DNA of 64,000 nt, from contig NC_086109.1 in the NCBI RefSeq assembly GCF_963921235.1, positions 29,328,001 through 29,392,000 on the forward strand. Direction: 5' to 3'. This document shows, one piece after another, positions 50,977 through 63,200 of this stretch. This DNA is from Mobula hypostoma. Lineage: Eukaryota. The notes beneath the pieces were generated by a model, which had not been told where the DNA came from, made no database searches, and was given only the letters and a program-made list of their open reading frames with translations. The stretch's first letter is position 1. The number at the start of each line of letters is the position of its first letter. Both the position numbers and the translations under genes were made by a program.

Positions 50977-51944
50977 ATTTTCATGGCACATGCTGCTGAA
51001 CTGAATCTGATTCTGATTCTGAAATCCACAGTACAATTCAAATCAAGGAAAGGGAGGCAGATAGATTCCCCCCAACAATCCTGGAGCCAGGCAGGGCAAT
51101 CCTCTCTGCACTCACCTGTTTGAGAGTTGCACTGAACACTTTGCTGAATCCGTCAACAAGGATGAGAGCATAAAAAGGGTGAGAGAAGAGGGATGACGTT
51201 GCCAGGCAGTGGAGGCACCCTGGTCAAAATCTCCCATGGATGATGGTGCTGTCTTCAGCTTGGACCCACAGTCAATTTGCAGACTGTAACCAGTTTGAGT
51301 TGGCATTTGGGGCCAGAGTCTACCTCTACAAGGTTGAGGCAACTGGTCTGACCATTCCAACATCCTTTCCACCATTAGGTCTGACAACCTGAAGCTGCTG
51401 TGGATTTAATTCAGAGGGGTGAGGCATGTAACAAGAATTGGCCGGACAAAGGTCAAACAATAAAGTTGAAAATTAGATAAATTTCCCTGACTTGCTGCAT
51501 TATTCCAGCATTTTGCATGTGTCATTATAACTGCAATTATAATTAAAGGTCAATGAGTAAGAAGAATCTGCATTTTTGATGACTCGCCACTTCTGGCTCT
51601 GTTCATAGGGCATCCATAGTCCAATAACACCCAATCACTCTGAAGAGTTATTCTTATCGAACAACTTGCTTTGCAAGCATACTTTCAACTCTGTATAACA
51701 AAGTATTCCACATAAGAATGGGTTACAAATGTTATTACTGGACAAAGAGTGAGCCCTAATGACTCAGTTCCAGGATGATTACAGCAAATAAGGCTTTCTT
51801 TGCTTGGGGAATATAAATGCATTACTACTTTTGGACTAAACAAGAAGATAACAGAGCTGGCCTTTGTCTTTTTAACTACAGTCAAATGGCAGGCAATTAG
51901 CAGTGTATTGGTCAATTATAAAGGTGTGATAGCACCACCGAGAC

Positions 51945-52120
51945 ACAAGAGACAGTAGATGTTGTAATCCAGAGAGAGAAATAGCAAACTCATGAAAATC
52001 TGCAGATGCTGGAAATCCAAAGCAACACAGGAAAAATGTTGGAGGAACTCAGCAGGTCAGGCAGCAACTATGGAAAAGAGCAAACTGTCAACATTTCAGT
52101 TTGAGACCCCTCATCAGGAC
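51945..52120 (-). mobile_element. Penelope terminal-repeat fragments (decayed hammerhead)
   Basis: AATCTGCAGATGCTGGAAATCCAAAGCAACAC...GGAGGAACTCAGCAGGTCAGGCAGC...GAGACCCCTCATCAGGAC. Confidence 0.78.
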
Positions 52121-53096
52121 AAAAATAACCCACTTGCCAATCGAGAACCTAGCAATCATTTGGCTGTCTGATCCTATTAATCCTCTGCCAATTTGCACAT
52201 GGGCTCAAGTAACAATCAAGAGATTATTACCTTTTTGGTTCTGTATTTCACTTTAATCCCAAACTGCTCTCATTTCCTCAGCAGAACCTCTTTCCTTTTC
52301 TTCCAATGTTACTGGATATTTCCCTTCCCACTGCAAGTTCAAGATTCAAGATTCAAAAAACTTTATTGTCATTCTAACCGTACATCAGCTCTGCAGGGCA
52401 GAATGAGACAGCGTTTCCCAGGAGCAGTGCAATCATAACATAACAAAACGCAACACTAAATAATAAACATAACAATAAATAGTAAAACACAACAGCCACA
52501 TGTCAATTAAAATCAAGTTAAATTCCTCTGCAGGTCAGATGAGATGTCCTGAATTTGGGCACCAGCCAGGCAGCACAGCTATAGGATTCTCGATCCTTGC
52601 AGAAAAGAATTGAGTCTAACTATTATATCCCAATTACATTTCTCTTCCTCCACCCCACCTCCCCACCCCCACCAAATGGCTTCCTGAATCACGGTGCCAA
52701 GATTTGTTTGCTCACCCTTCCTCCAGCCCCCTTTCTCATCCTCACAGGGCGCAACAATCCCAGACCTCAAGAGCTGAGGCACTATCTCAATGGCTTGGTT
52801 ATATGCTGAATATGAGCCAGGGTTGCACTTACAGCTCCTGAATATCACTACAAAGATAACCTTTTATTACATCGCTCAGAGATTTCAGAGCAGCCTAACA
52901 AGGGTTACTAGATGAAAAGAAGAAACACTAATTAATCATCCGTCTGCAGATTTAGATACAAAATCAAAATCTACTTTCTCAGAAGGGGAGGGAAATCATC
53001 ATACTCTCAAATGGCCATGTTCAGGAGGCTTAAGTATTACATTTCAAAGTTGCTGGTGAACGCAGCAGGCCAAGCAGCATCTATAGGAAGAGGCGC

Positions 53097-53132
53097 AGTC
53101 GACGTTTCAGGCCGAGACCCTTCGTCAGGACT
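53097..53132 (-). ncRNA. Minimal type I hammerhead ribozyme motif (antisense twin)
   Basis: Exact reverse complement of 53173-53208. Confidence 0.7.
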
Positions 53133-53172
53133 AACTGAAGGAAGAAATCCCTTACTCACTCTTCCTTCAGTT

Positions 53173-53208
53173 AGTCCTGACGAAGGGTCTCGGCCTGAAA
53201 CGTCGACT
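53173..53208 (+). ncRNA. Minimal type I hammerhead ribozyme motif
   Basis: AGTC-CTGACGA-AGG(gtctcgg)CCT-GAAACGTC-GACT. Both catalytic boxes are present, with stem I AGTC/GACT, a palindromic ACGT stem III and predicted cleavage after GUC (53204). Confidence 0.72.
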
Positions 53209-53384
53209 GCGCCTCTTCCTATAGATGCTGCTTGGCCTGCTGCGTTCACCAGCAACTTTGATGTGTGTTGCTTGAATTTCCAGCATCTGCAGAATTCCTG
53301 TTGTTTAAGTATTACATTTTCTCCTAACGGGTGATGACATTGCAACGGTCCAAATAGCCTGCAATATGCACAAAAATCACAAAG

Positions 53385-53515
53385 GTTCTGGTTATTTGGG
53401 TCACATTGGCACCTGTACATTTTGGCCCAAATAAGTCGTTGGCCCAAATAAGTGGTTGTCCCAATTAGCTGAAGTTTCATGGAAATAGTTAAAAAGGTAA
53501 ACTAAAGTTTAACTG
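53385..53515. mobile_element. Tigger/pogo-like MITE end fragment with small tandem duplication
   Basis: TTGGCCCAAATAAGT occurs twice, followed by CCCAATTAGCTGAAGTTTCATGGAAATAG. Family assignment is by resemblance only. Confidence 0.4.
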
Positions 53516-53892
53516 ACTCTGCATCTGTGGCAGAGAATAAAATACATGCACAAAAGACTACTTAAAAGTCAAAGCAAAGAACGTCTAGACAGTGTGTCAA
53601 GTTTAACAATAACTCACAGCACAACTCCTGGAAACAGAACAACTAAGAGCCTAACACTAAAATCATTCACCTTATTGCAGGTACAGGAACTGCTATATAA
53701 ATACCAAATCCCCAGAACTTCCCTGACACGTACAGAATACTACCATGGACAACCCAGAACAAAAAGTGACTTCCCTAATTTTTCTTCTGATAATGTTTTA
53801 TAGTTACTAGATTATACAACTTGATTAGGGAATAAGAGCTAGTAGAACAGGGAAGAACAGGGATGTTGAATGGAGATAGGAGGTCACGTGAT

Positions 53893-53894
<2 letters not shown>

Positions 53895-53946
<52 letters not shown>

Positions 53947-53955
53947 ACACACACA
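53895..53955. repeat. (CA)n microsatellite
   Basis: Directly visible. Confidence 0.98.
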
Positions 53956-54599
53956 GGAATACATCCATCAAGAGTTGGCATGACATCTGGAGCCCTGCAT
54001 AGAATTACACACACTTCATTTGAATTTGCATCCAACCTGGCATAATTTCTGAACTTGGCACTCTGGGTAGCAAAATATAGGGACAAGATAACACAGATGT
54101 TTCATTTCATTATTTGCATTGAAAGTCCAATGTGTGGTGTGTTTTGGTTTAAAAGTAAGTTCAGCATCTAGTTTTCATTGTTTCTCTACCTTCAGTTTAA
54201 CCGCCTGTTTCTATCTTATTCCTCATTTCCTTTCAAATTCTCTAGTCTTTGCCATATTTTTTACCTCTTCATCATCAACCCTTTATCCAACCATCTGCTT
54301 CCTTGACATTGGCACTGTGGAAATCAGTGATGTATTACATCTGGCTTGCCATTATCACAATTTCGCCTTCACTATGAAAAGTAAATCTCAGTCAAATCAC
54401 CTTCACAGATAAAAATAGAGGAGAACTCTCTTCCAGATTTGTTGTAAACATGCATGATTTCAAAATAAACTACTCAGGATTGCAAACAGGTGTACAGTAA
54501 TAATATACATATCAAAAATGCATAACATAGCTTTGAAGGTGTATTGGCCAAATATACCCAAGCTCCCACTTATTCTCAAGGACTAAGTAGAGTGACTTA

Positions 54600-55140
54600 T
54601 ATTTAAGATTCAAGATTGTTTAACGTCATTTCAAGTGTGCACATGTAAATCAAAGCAAAATAATTGTTACTCCAGATTTGATGCAGCACAGAAGTAACAC
54701 AATAAGATAAAGAACACAATAATTAAAAGAAAAACTATAAATACATTAGTGAGCTTATATACCTCGATTGTTTTTTTTGTTCATAAAGTGATGCTACATG
54801 CAGGAGCATCAGTACTTATGGTGACTCTGACAGGAAATGATAAAGTAGTGGTGGTGGGGACGGTAGTTTATTGGGTGAGTAGTAGAGGTGCCGATCCACC
54901 TTACTGCTTGGAGAAAGTAGCTGTTTTTGAATCTGGTGGTCCTGGAGTGGACGCTACAAAGTCTCCTCACTGCTGGGTTTGAGATAAACGGTTTGTAGGC
55001 AGGGTGGGTGACATCCTTCATAATGTTACTGGCCTTTTTCCAACACCTTTCTCTGTACGAGTTCTGGATGGCAAGCAGGCGGGTGTGGGTGATGTGCTGA
55101 GCAGATCTGACTTCCCATTGTAGAGCTTTCCTGTCCAGTT
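54600..55140 (-). mobile_element. Rex/Babar LINE 3' end (second subfamily, (TCTTGAA)n tail)
   Basis: ORF 54809..55021 reads MKDVTHPAY...RRLCSVHSRTTRFKNSYFLQAVR. Confidence 0.82.
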
Positions 55141-55313
55141 GTTTAAAGGGGCTGAAAAAGAAATCAAACTCAAAATTGTCAGATTATTTGATCTGAATTT
55201 GTTTAAATTTAACAAACTGATCAATGAAGAAATTTTAAGTAAGTTCAAACCACTAAATTGACTGGTTCTGCTATTATTTTGGATATAAATATAACTTTAT
55301 ATTAGTTATAGAA

Positions 55314-55409
55314 ACACACACAAAATGCTGGAGGAACTCAGCAGGCCAGGCAACATCTATGGAAAAGAGTACAGTCGAGGTTTCAAACTGAGACCCTGAA
55401 GCAGGACTG
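55314..55409 (-). mobile_element. Penelope terminal-repeat fragment
   Basis: ACACACAAAATGCTGGAGGAACTCAGCAGGCCAGG...GAGACCCTGAAGCAGGACTG; flanked by repeated TTATATTAGTTATA. Confidence 0.8.
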
Positions 55410-55964
55410 TTATATTAGTTATATTTTGGATTAATATAACTTTCTGTATCTCAGGATTGCCCCATCCCAGTTTTAAAGCAGCTGAATTTAAACAGCCTTT
55501 TTGTTGATCACCCTCCAGCATACTTTTTGCTGCATAACATTGAATCCAGACAGATTGTCTTTTTGTTCATTATTTACATGGTAATCATCCTTTTGTTCAT
55601 CCACCAGCTTGCTTGTAGTTGTGGTTGTTTGGGAAGCTCTGCAGGGTTTATATTCCCAGATAAACCGTAGTAGCCACACAAAGCTGACAAAAGGTCAACG
55701 GCCTGAAAGGTTAACTCTGTCGCCTAGAAATTAGATCACGTAAGCATTGATTATTTCAGCTCTACAGAGTTGAAAATGGACTTGCCATGCAATGAAATAC
55801 AACGACGACTATTTCTGAGTCAGTTCAGAAATGTTATTTGACATTTCCCAGTGTTTGTTATCCCGAAAGAACAGTGTGAAAAGTGGTATTCCCATAACTG
55901 CTTATGCAATTTCCACGCCAGATATGCATCAAGTTACATTATTCACCATGCATTGCAGGAGAAA

Positions 55965-56255
55965 AATGTCTAGCACAACGCTTTGCAGTGCCCGTGATCA
56001 GGGTTCAATTCTCACCCATGTGTGTGTAAAGTTTGTATGGTCTCCCTGTGACTGTGGGTTTCCACTGGGTACTCCAGGTACTCCTACATTTCAAAAGCGT
56101 ACAGGTTAGGGGTAAGGGTAGTAAATTGTTGGCATGCTATGTTAGTGCCAGAAGCATAGCAATACTTGCAGGCTGCCCCCAACACATCCTCCGATTGTGT
56201 TGGTCATTGCGCAAAAGACACATTTCACTGAATGTTTTGATGTTACATTGTCTGT
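55965..56255 (+). mobile_element. tRNA/V-SINE-like element
   Basis: AGCACAACGCTTTGCAG..AGGGTTCAATTCTC..GTTTGTATGGTCTCCCTGTG; the 3' part is shared with 20650-20900. Confidence 0.7.
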
Positions 56256-57634
56256 ACATAAGACAAATAATGCCAATTTTTCTTTCTAGGTAAAGTTAAC
56301 CTTTTCTTTTCCCCTTTCTAAACCATTGTGCTCAAAGTGACTATTGTGCATGCCCAGGTAAACTTGTAATGTAGTCTCAGCTGGAGACTCCCATACCTTG
56401 AGATTTCAGGTCCTTCCACTCACCCTTTATTTTGATCTTCCCTCTGTGCCCTGAAACCCAGGCCCCAAACCCAGATCCTGCTGAGGTTTAGATCCTCCGA
56501 TGACCCTGATCCTCCAATGGATTTGACCCACTGACTCCTCAGGCTTCAGGCCCTAACTCATGAGGAAAAGACTCTAGCCCACTGCCATTCCTTGGAACTC
56601 CAGATCCTCTAATTATACAAATACCTCATCCCCATCTATATACCAATCTCTTCCCAATCTTCAGTCATTCCAGTGACTCTCCAATCACCAGAGAGAAGCC
56701 CCAATCTCTTAATCTTCCTGTATGTACCAACATTGACCTCCTTCACTTCCCCACACTGCCTTTCCCCACTTTGCCCCAACCTCCAGCAATGGTCAAGTAC
56801 TAAGTGTTGCCAGTACTACTCATCCCAACAATTTATCTGATTTGTGCCCCATTCTACCCTTCTCCAACAGAGCTGAACACCCACACTACTGCAAGCCCAA
56901 GCCCTGCTTCCCCTCCTGTCCTCTGTTCAAGTGCCCCAGTCCTGATGATGTGGGTTTGGCCCAAAATGTCAATTGTTTATTCCCCTCCATAGATACTAGC
57001 TGACCTGCTGAGTTCCTCCAGAATTTTGGGTGTTGCTCTGTTCAAGTGTCATATTTTCGAATGAGGCCTTGAGTACTTCTCTGCAGCACCAGCCCCTTAC
57101 TCTCATGTGGTACCCGTAATGGAGACTGTGACAATGTTGGCAAAAACTCAAACCAATCATTCAGAGAAGGAAATGTCCAGCTTTTATCCAATTGATTTCT
57201 ATGCAATCCCAGAACTACAACAACGTGGCAGATGTTTAACTGCCCTCTGAACTGACCCAACAAGCCACTCATTTCAAGGGAAATTTGCCATGGGATTTTG
57301 GTGTTGACATTTAAATATTGTAAGTGAATAAAACATATAGTTACAGTAAAACAGCAAACAATAGAAACTCAGACTTACCTGTATTTATGCAGATCAATTC
57401 CACTCAGTTGCATTTAAGATCTGAGGCAAGTTTTCAATCTAATAATTGAAGTGAGTAATGTACAGTTCTTTCAGTCTTCAATAAGAGTTAAATTCATTAA
57501 AATATTTGGGGATCCAACGGGGGATAAAACACCTTGGGCATTTATCTTGGAGTTTTTCACTCTCAGCTCACGATTTTCCTTTATTGGACAGAAAATTCAC
57601 TGACCAAAGATTTTTGATGATTCAGCCATGCACT

Positions 57635-57679
57635 GCCCGACACCGGCCCCCTAGGCCTGAGTCGACGTAGTAGTAGTAG
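57635..57679 (+). mobile_element. 45-bp (TAG)n-tailed retro-insertion with perfect 12-bp TSD
   Basis: CAGCCATGCACT [GCCCGACACCGGCCCCCTAGGCCTGAGTCGACGTAGTAGTAGTAG] CAGCCATGCACT. Confidence 0.9.
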
Positions 57680-57871
57680 CAGCCATGCACTAGGAGTGCT
57701 GAAGTGAAAATCCCATTAGTCAAAACATTTCTTGAAGGGGCTTGCTTAAAAAAAACTGACGTATATCTGCATAACATCTTTTGTCAGTCATAGTCCTCTG
57801 CAGGTAGCAGTCCTAGGTGTGATGCAGGAAGTGCAGCCATCAGCTTGTGTACAGCAAGATCCCATAAACTG

Positions 57872-60125
57872 ATAGAACATAGAACATAAAACAGTTCAGC
57901 ACAAGACAGGTTCTTCAACCCATGAGATTACGCAATTCTTTTAATCTCCTCCAAGATCAATCTAACCCTTCCCTCCTACATAGCCTTTTCCTCTTCCTTC
58001 ATTCATATGCCTCTATAAGAGTCTCTTAAGTGCCCCTAATATATCTGCATCTACCACCAACCCCGAGAGTATGATCCATGTATTTACCACTCTCTGTGTA
58101 AAAATAAAACTAAGAACATCCCTTTTATACTTTACTCCAATCACCTGAAAAGCAGGTCTTCTCATATTAGCTATTGCCCCCATGGGGAAAAAAGGCCAAA
58201 AGATCCCTCCGTTCCTCCACACTGCTAAGAGCCCTGCCATCAACTTCAGAAGAATCAGACTCAGGTTTATATCACCAGCATGTGTTGTGAAATTCGTTAA
58301 CTTAGCAGCAGCAGCAGGACATTGCAATACATGATAATATAGAAAAAAAAAGTAAGTAAATCAATTACATTAATATATGCATGTGTATTGAATTGATTAA
58401 AAATAGTGCAAAATCAAAAAAAAGAGTGAGGTAATGTTCAGAGGTTCAATCTCCATTTAAGAATCATATGGCAGAGGGTAAGAAGCTGTTCTTCAATCAC
58501 TGGACGTGTGCCTTCAGGCTTCTGTACCTCCTTCCTGATGGTAACAGTGAGAAGAGGGCATGCATGGGTGATGGGGGTCCTTAACAATGGATGTCACCTT
58601 TCTGAGGCATCACTGCTTGAAAATGTCTTGGATCCTATAGAGGCCAGTACCCAAGATGGAGTTGACTAATCTTACAACTTTCTGTAGCTTCTTTCGGTCC
58701 TTGCAGTGGAGTTTCTACCAACAATGGTTGAATCATCAGCAAATTTATAGATGGCATTTGGGCTATACCTAGCCAGACAGTCATGGGTATAGAGAGAGTA
58801 GAGCAGTGGGCTAAGCACACACCCCTTAGGTGCGCCAGTGTTGATTGTCAGTAAGAAGGAGATATCATCAGCAATCCACACAACCTGTGGTCTTCCAGTT
58901 AGGAAGTCAAGGATCCAATTGCAGAGAGAGGTACAGAGACTGTGGGAATGATGATGTTAAACACTGAGCTAAAGTCAACAAACAGCACCCTGACATAGAT
59001 GTTTGTGTTGTCCAGATAATCTCAGGCCATGTGAAGAGCCATTAAGAATGCATCTGCCATAGACCTATTATGGCGATAGGCAAATTGCAATGTGTCCAGG
59101 TCTTTGCTGAGGCAGGCTTTGTACTTTGTTATCAAGTTTGACCTTCCAAGGTGTATCATTTCATCACTTAACACTTCTCTGGATTAAACTCCATCTGCCA
59201 CTTTGCAGTCCCACTCTGCATCCTGTCAATGTCCCATTCTAACCTCCGGCAACCTTCTGCACTATCCACCATACCACCAACCTTCATGTCATCTGCAGAC
59301 TTACTAATCCATCCTTCCATTTCTTTATCTAAGTAATTTATAAATATCACAAAGAGCAGAGGTCCTAGAATGGATCCCAGGGAGATACCATTAATCAAGG
59401 ACTTCCAGGCAGAACTGCACCCCATCTACCACTATCTACTTCAGCTACTGTGAGTTCATGCTGTCAAGTTTCCCTGGATCCCATGTATCCTGACTTCTGA
59501 ACTGAATTTAAAATGAGGAACCTTGTTGAAGATGCTACCCTCACTAGGGCATGGCACAGGCAGCAACACTGAGATTACTACCTTCAAGATCTTAATTTTC
59601 AGATTCCTTCTTAGTTCCCTAAGTTTGTTCTTCAGGACCTCATACCTTTTCCTTACTGTGTTATTAGTACAATTCTGGCTGCTTTTCCTTTGCCTTAACA
59701 ATGTTGTGGAATCAGTCTGAGGCATCCCTGACCCTGGCACCCAGGAGACAACATACCATCCAGGAGTTTACTTTATGTCCACAGTCTCCTGTCTGCTCCC
59801 CTAACTACTATATCCTCTATCACTGCTCTCCTCTTCTGAGCCACAGAGCTAGGCTCATTCATAGAGATCCAGGTACTGCGGCTTTCGCCTGGTAGGTCAT
59901 CGCTCCCAACAGTATCCAAAGCGTTATAAGATTTATTGTTGGGATGGCCACAGAGTTACTCTGCGCTCTCTGCCTATTCCCTTTCCCTCTGAGTGACAGT
60001 CATCCAGCTACCTGCCTCCTGATATTTAGGCATGACAGCCTCCCTATCGCCATCTAACAACTCTGCATTCTCCCTGAATGATCCATAGGTCATCCAGCTC
60101 CAGCACCAGTTGCCTAAGTGATCTT
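57872..60125 (-). mobile_element. Fragmented CR1 (3' tail, RT, ORF1) with a nested Rex/Babar LINE at ~58250-59115
   Basis: CR1: [55 protein letters not shown]. Rex: [33 protein letters not shown]. Confidence 0.88.
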
Positions 60126-60639
60126 AGAGTTGTTTCAACAAAATGTATCAACTAATATGAAGAGCACTGGAGAATGAGCAGAAGCAGAATTTCCTTCACC
60201 TTCCTCAGAACGCTATGGAAATTTGCCATGACCATGTTGACTCTCACTAATATTTACAGATGCACCACCGAAATTATGCTCTCTGGATGCAGCAAGGCTT
60301 CATAAGCCCAAGACCACAAGAAGTTGAAGAGAGTTGTGGACACAAATAGTATTCAACAAACCTCTTGAACAATAAAGAAGAATACTTAACCATATCCTGG
60401 ACTTTGCACCTTATTGCCTACCTGCATTGCACTCGATCTGTTCTTGTTACTGCTTTTCCCTTGTACAACCTCAGTGTACCTACTTAGAGGAATTACAAGA
60501 GGAAATCTTCATTATAGATAATGAAATTGACCAACTAATGTGTCCCTGTAACTCTAGTCCCACCAACATTCATTTGGCAAAGTTCTTACCTTAATGTTAT
60601 CTTAAACATTGCAGAGAGATCTAAATAAAATCTAGGTAT

Positions 60640-62305
60640 GCAACACAACGATGGCCAGGAAAATTACTCTCCCCCACTCCCCACCCGCAGGTGAGCAGCC
60701 ATCGTCTGTAACAGCCGCAGATGTAAGAAGAACTTTGCAGAGACAACCCTTGAAAAGTAGCCGGGCTAGACAACATCCCAGGCCGAGTACTCATGGAGTG
60801 TGCACATTAGCTCACAGCTGTCTTCATGGTTATCTCCAACACTTCACTTATCCAGGTTGCTGTCCCCACATGCTTCAAATCATCCACCATCATCGCTGTA
60901 TCAAAGAACTCGACACCTGCAGTGCCTAACAACACTGACTCCAATTATCATGAAGTGTTTTGAATGGTTAGTAATGATATGTATCAAAGACTACAGTGCA
61001 TTCCTGCCACACTGGACACTCACCAATATGCTTACCGACAAAATTGCAATACGACAAATACCATAGCATCTGTCAAGCACCCATGTCAGAATACCTGTTC
61101 TTGATTTTAATTTGACATTCAACTGTATTATCCCACAGACCTTAGTAACTAAATTCCTACTCCTCGGTCTAAATATACCACTGTCCAACTGGGTGTTGGA
61201 CTTCCTAGCCAACAGATCTCAGATAGTCTGCTCCTCCTTTCCCCTCATCCTCAATATGGGTGCTTCCTGGGGCTGTGTGATGAGCCCACTGTTGTACACT
61301 CTGCTCACACATGACTGCACGGTCAAACAACTGTATAATCGTATTATCAAGTTTGTTGATGACACTCACAGTGGTGCATCTCATCATCAACGATGATAAG
61401 ACAGCCTACAGACAGGAGGTGGAAGATCTTGAAGCCTGACAACCAGGCAAGTAACCTCTTCCTCAGTGTCAACAAGACGAAAGAGATGGTTATCGCCTTT
61501 AGGAGAATTCCCACCACCTCCACTCCTCTTTATATCAGCGGCACGTGTGAGCAGTTTGAAAATTCTGGGAGTGCACATCTCTTATAACCTCTCATAGTCC
61601 CAGAACACACCATACACGATCAGGAAAGCTCACCAATGCCTCGATTTTCTGAGGAGGTTGAAAAGAACTGGACCATGCATACCTGTACTCACATCATTGT
61701 ACAGGTGTGCAGTAGAGAGCATTCTAACATGCTACATCACTGAATGGTACAGAAACCACACTGTGGTAGTGAGGAAGGCTCTATAATTGGTAGTCAAAAC
61801 TGCCCAATGCATCACTAACATCAGCCTACCTGCCATCAAGGACATACATACAGAAAAGTTCTGGAAAAGGGCCAGTAACATCATGAAGGATCCTACCCAC
61901 CCTGCTCCTGTACTGGTTATCCCACTCCCATCGGTGAGGAGGCTATGTAGCATCTACGCCAGGACCACCAGACTCAAAAACAATTACTTTCCAAAGCAGT
62001 AAAGCTGACCAACACCTCCACCCATTAACGCACCCACCATATCCCGCACCACCACTCCTGTCAGTCACTTTATGTAGACACTCCTGTGCTTAGTGTCCCT
62101 GTATGGATATACAGTCAATCTATGTCGATAAACTATCTTATGTAGTTATATATACATTTCGTTTTTTTTATTGTGGTGTTCTTTATCTTATTTTATCTTA
62201 TTGTGTTTTTTTTGTGCTGCTTCAGATCCAGAGAAATAATTACTTTGTTCTCCTTTGCACTTGTGTACTGGAAATGACATTCAAGATTAAATAACTTTGA
62301 ATATT
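60640..62305 (+). mobile_element. Decayed Rex/Babar LINE ORF2 3' half and 3' UTR
   Basis: LTPIIMKCFEWLV; FNCIIPQTLV..WVLDFL..GCVMSPLLYTLLTHDC..IIKFVDDT; RRLCSIYARTTRLKNNYFP. Confidence 0.9.
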
Positions 62306-62889
62306 AAAACTTAGATTGTCCTCTGGATACTATGACAGGTAATAGCTGGAGCTTTCTGATTGTTGCTGTTTGATTATTTTTTTCAGAATTGTTGTCATTT
62401 CCAGTAATGAGTTATTCCACCCCTGATATCAGACCAGTTACCAAGGAAAGATTTGGTTTCAGTTACTGGCTGTTTAAGTGTTGTAGTTTGCTACATGACA
62501 GTGTTAAAGAGAAGCTTAGTGTCCTAGAATTATTTTGCCAATACCTTTGAGCAAAACATTAGGCAGCTGAGGAGTTATTGTTCAGTTTGTGCATCTAAAA
62601 TATGTTCTTTGCTTTATTACAATAATCCTATAGTTCTTGTACCATGCAATGAACAGTTTTGGAGAGTAGCAGAACAGATTGTCTCATTTTGAATCTGGCA
62701 GGACTTCTAAATACCTGTACCCCAGTAATGTAACAGATAAACATTCCCAGGCACACCTGAAGTGTGAACAAACCAGTAATATTGCCAAAAACCACCTATT
62801 CTCAGTGACACGCACAAAATGCTGGAGGAGCTCAGCACGCCAGACAGCATCAGAATGGGAAAGAAATGTGATCCAACAGACTTTGACGG

Positions 62890-63200
62890 TGGAATGATGT
62901 GGTTTGAGTATCTCAGAAACTGCTGATCTCCTGGGATTTTCACGCACCATAGTCCCTAAGGTTTACAGAGAATGATGCAAAACACACAAAAAAATCCAGT
63001 GAGCGGCAGTTCTGGGGGTAAAGATGCCTTGTTAATGCAAGAGGTCAGAGGGGTTCAAGCTGTCAGGAAGGCGATGGCAACTGAACAACCACGTACAACA
63101 CTGGCATGCAGAAGAGCATCTCTGAATGCACAACACATCGAACTTGGATGTGGACAAGGTACCACAGCAGAAGACCACAAACACACACTTTATTAGGCAC
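62890..63200 (+). mobile_element. Tc1-type element internal fragment (HTH region)
   Basis: GGTTTGAGTATCTCAGAAACTGCTGATCTCCTGGGATTTTCACGCACC translates as GLSISETADLLGFSRT; it overlaps the sequence at 39195-39220. Confidence 0.75.

Larger units (their letters stand above)
53045..53304 (+). mobile_element. Young short Penelope insertion with inverted 5' duplication, 15-bp TSD
   Basis: TTAAGTATTACATTT at 53030-53044 and 53305-53319; perfect inverted arms 53044-53145 and 53160-53261. Confidence 0.95.

Noticed and set aside
51112..51390. 91-aa minus-strand ORF ending at a good donor (CAG|GTGAGT)
   Set aside because: No recognisable domain and a weak acceptor; probably an old repeat.
53011..53480. 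Overlapping opposite-strand ORFs with the same peptide blocks
   Set aside because: A consequence of the perfect inverted repeat; there is no evidence of coding.
57379..57420. Strong minus-strand donor (CAG|GTAAGT) with a nearby acceptor
   Set aside because: Stops in all three frames; at most a non-coding exon, with no support.
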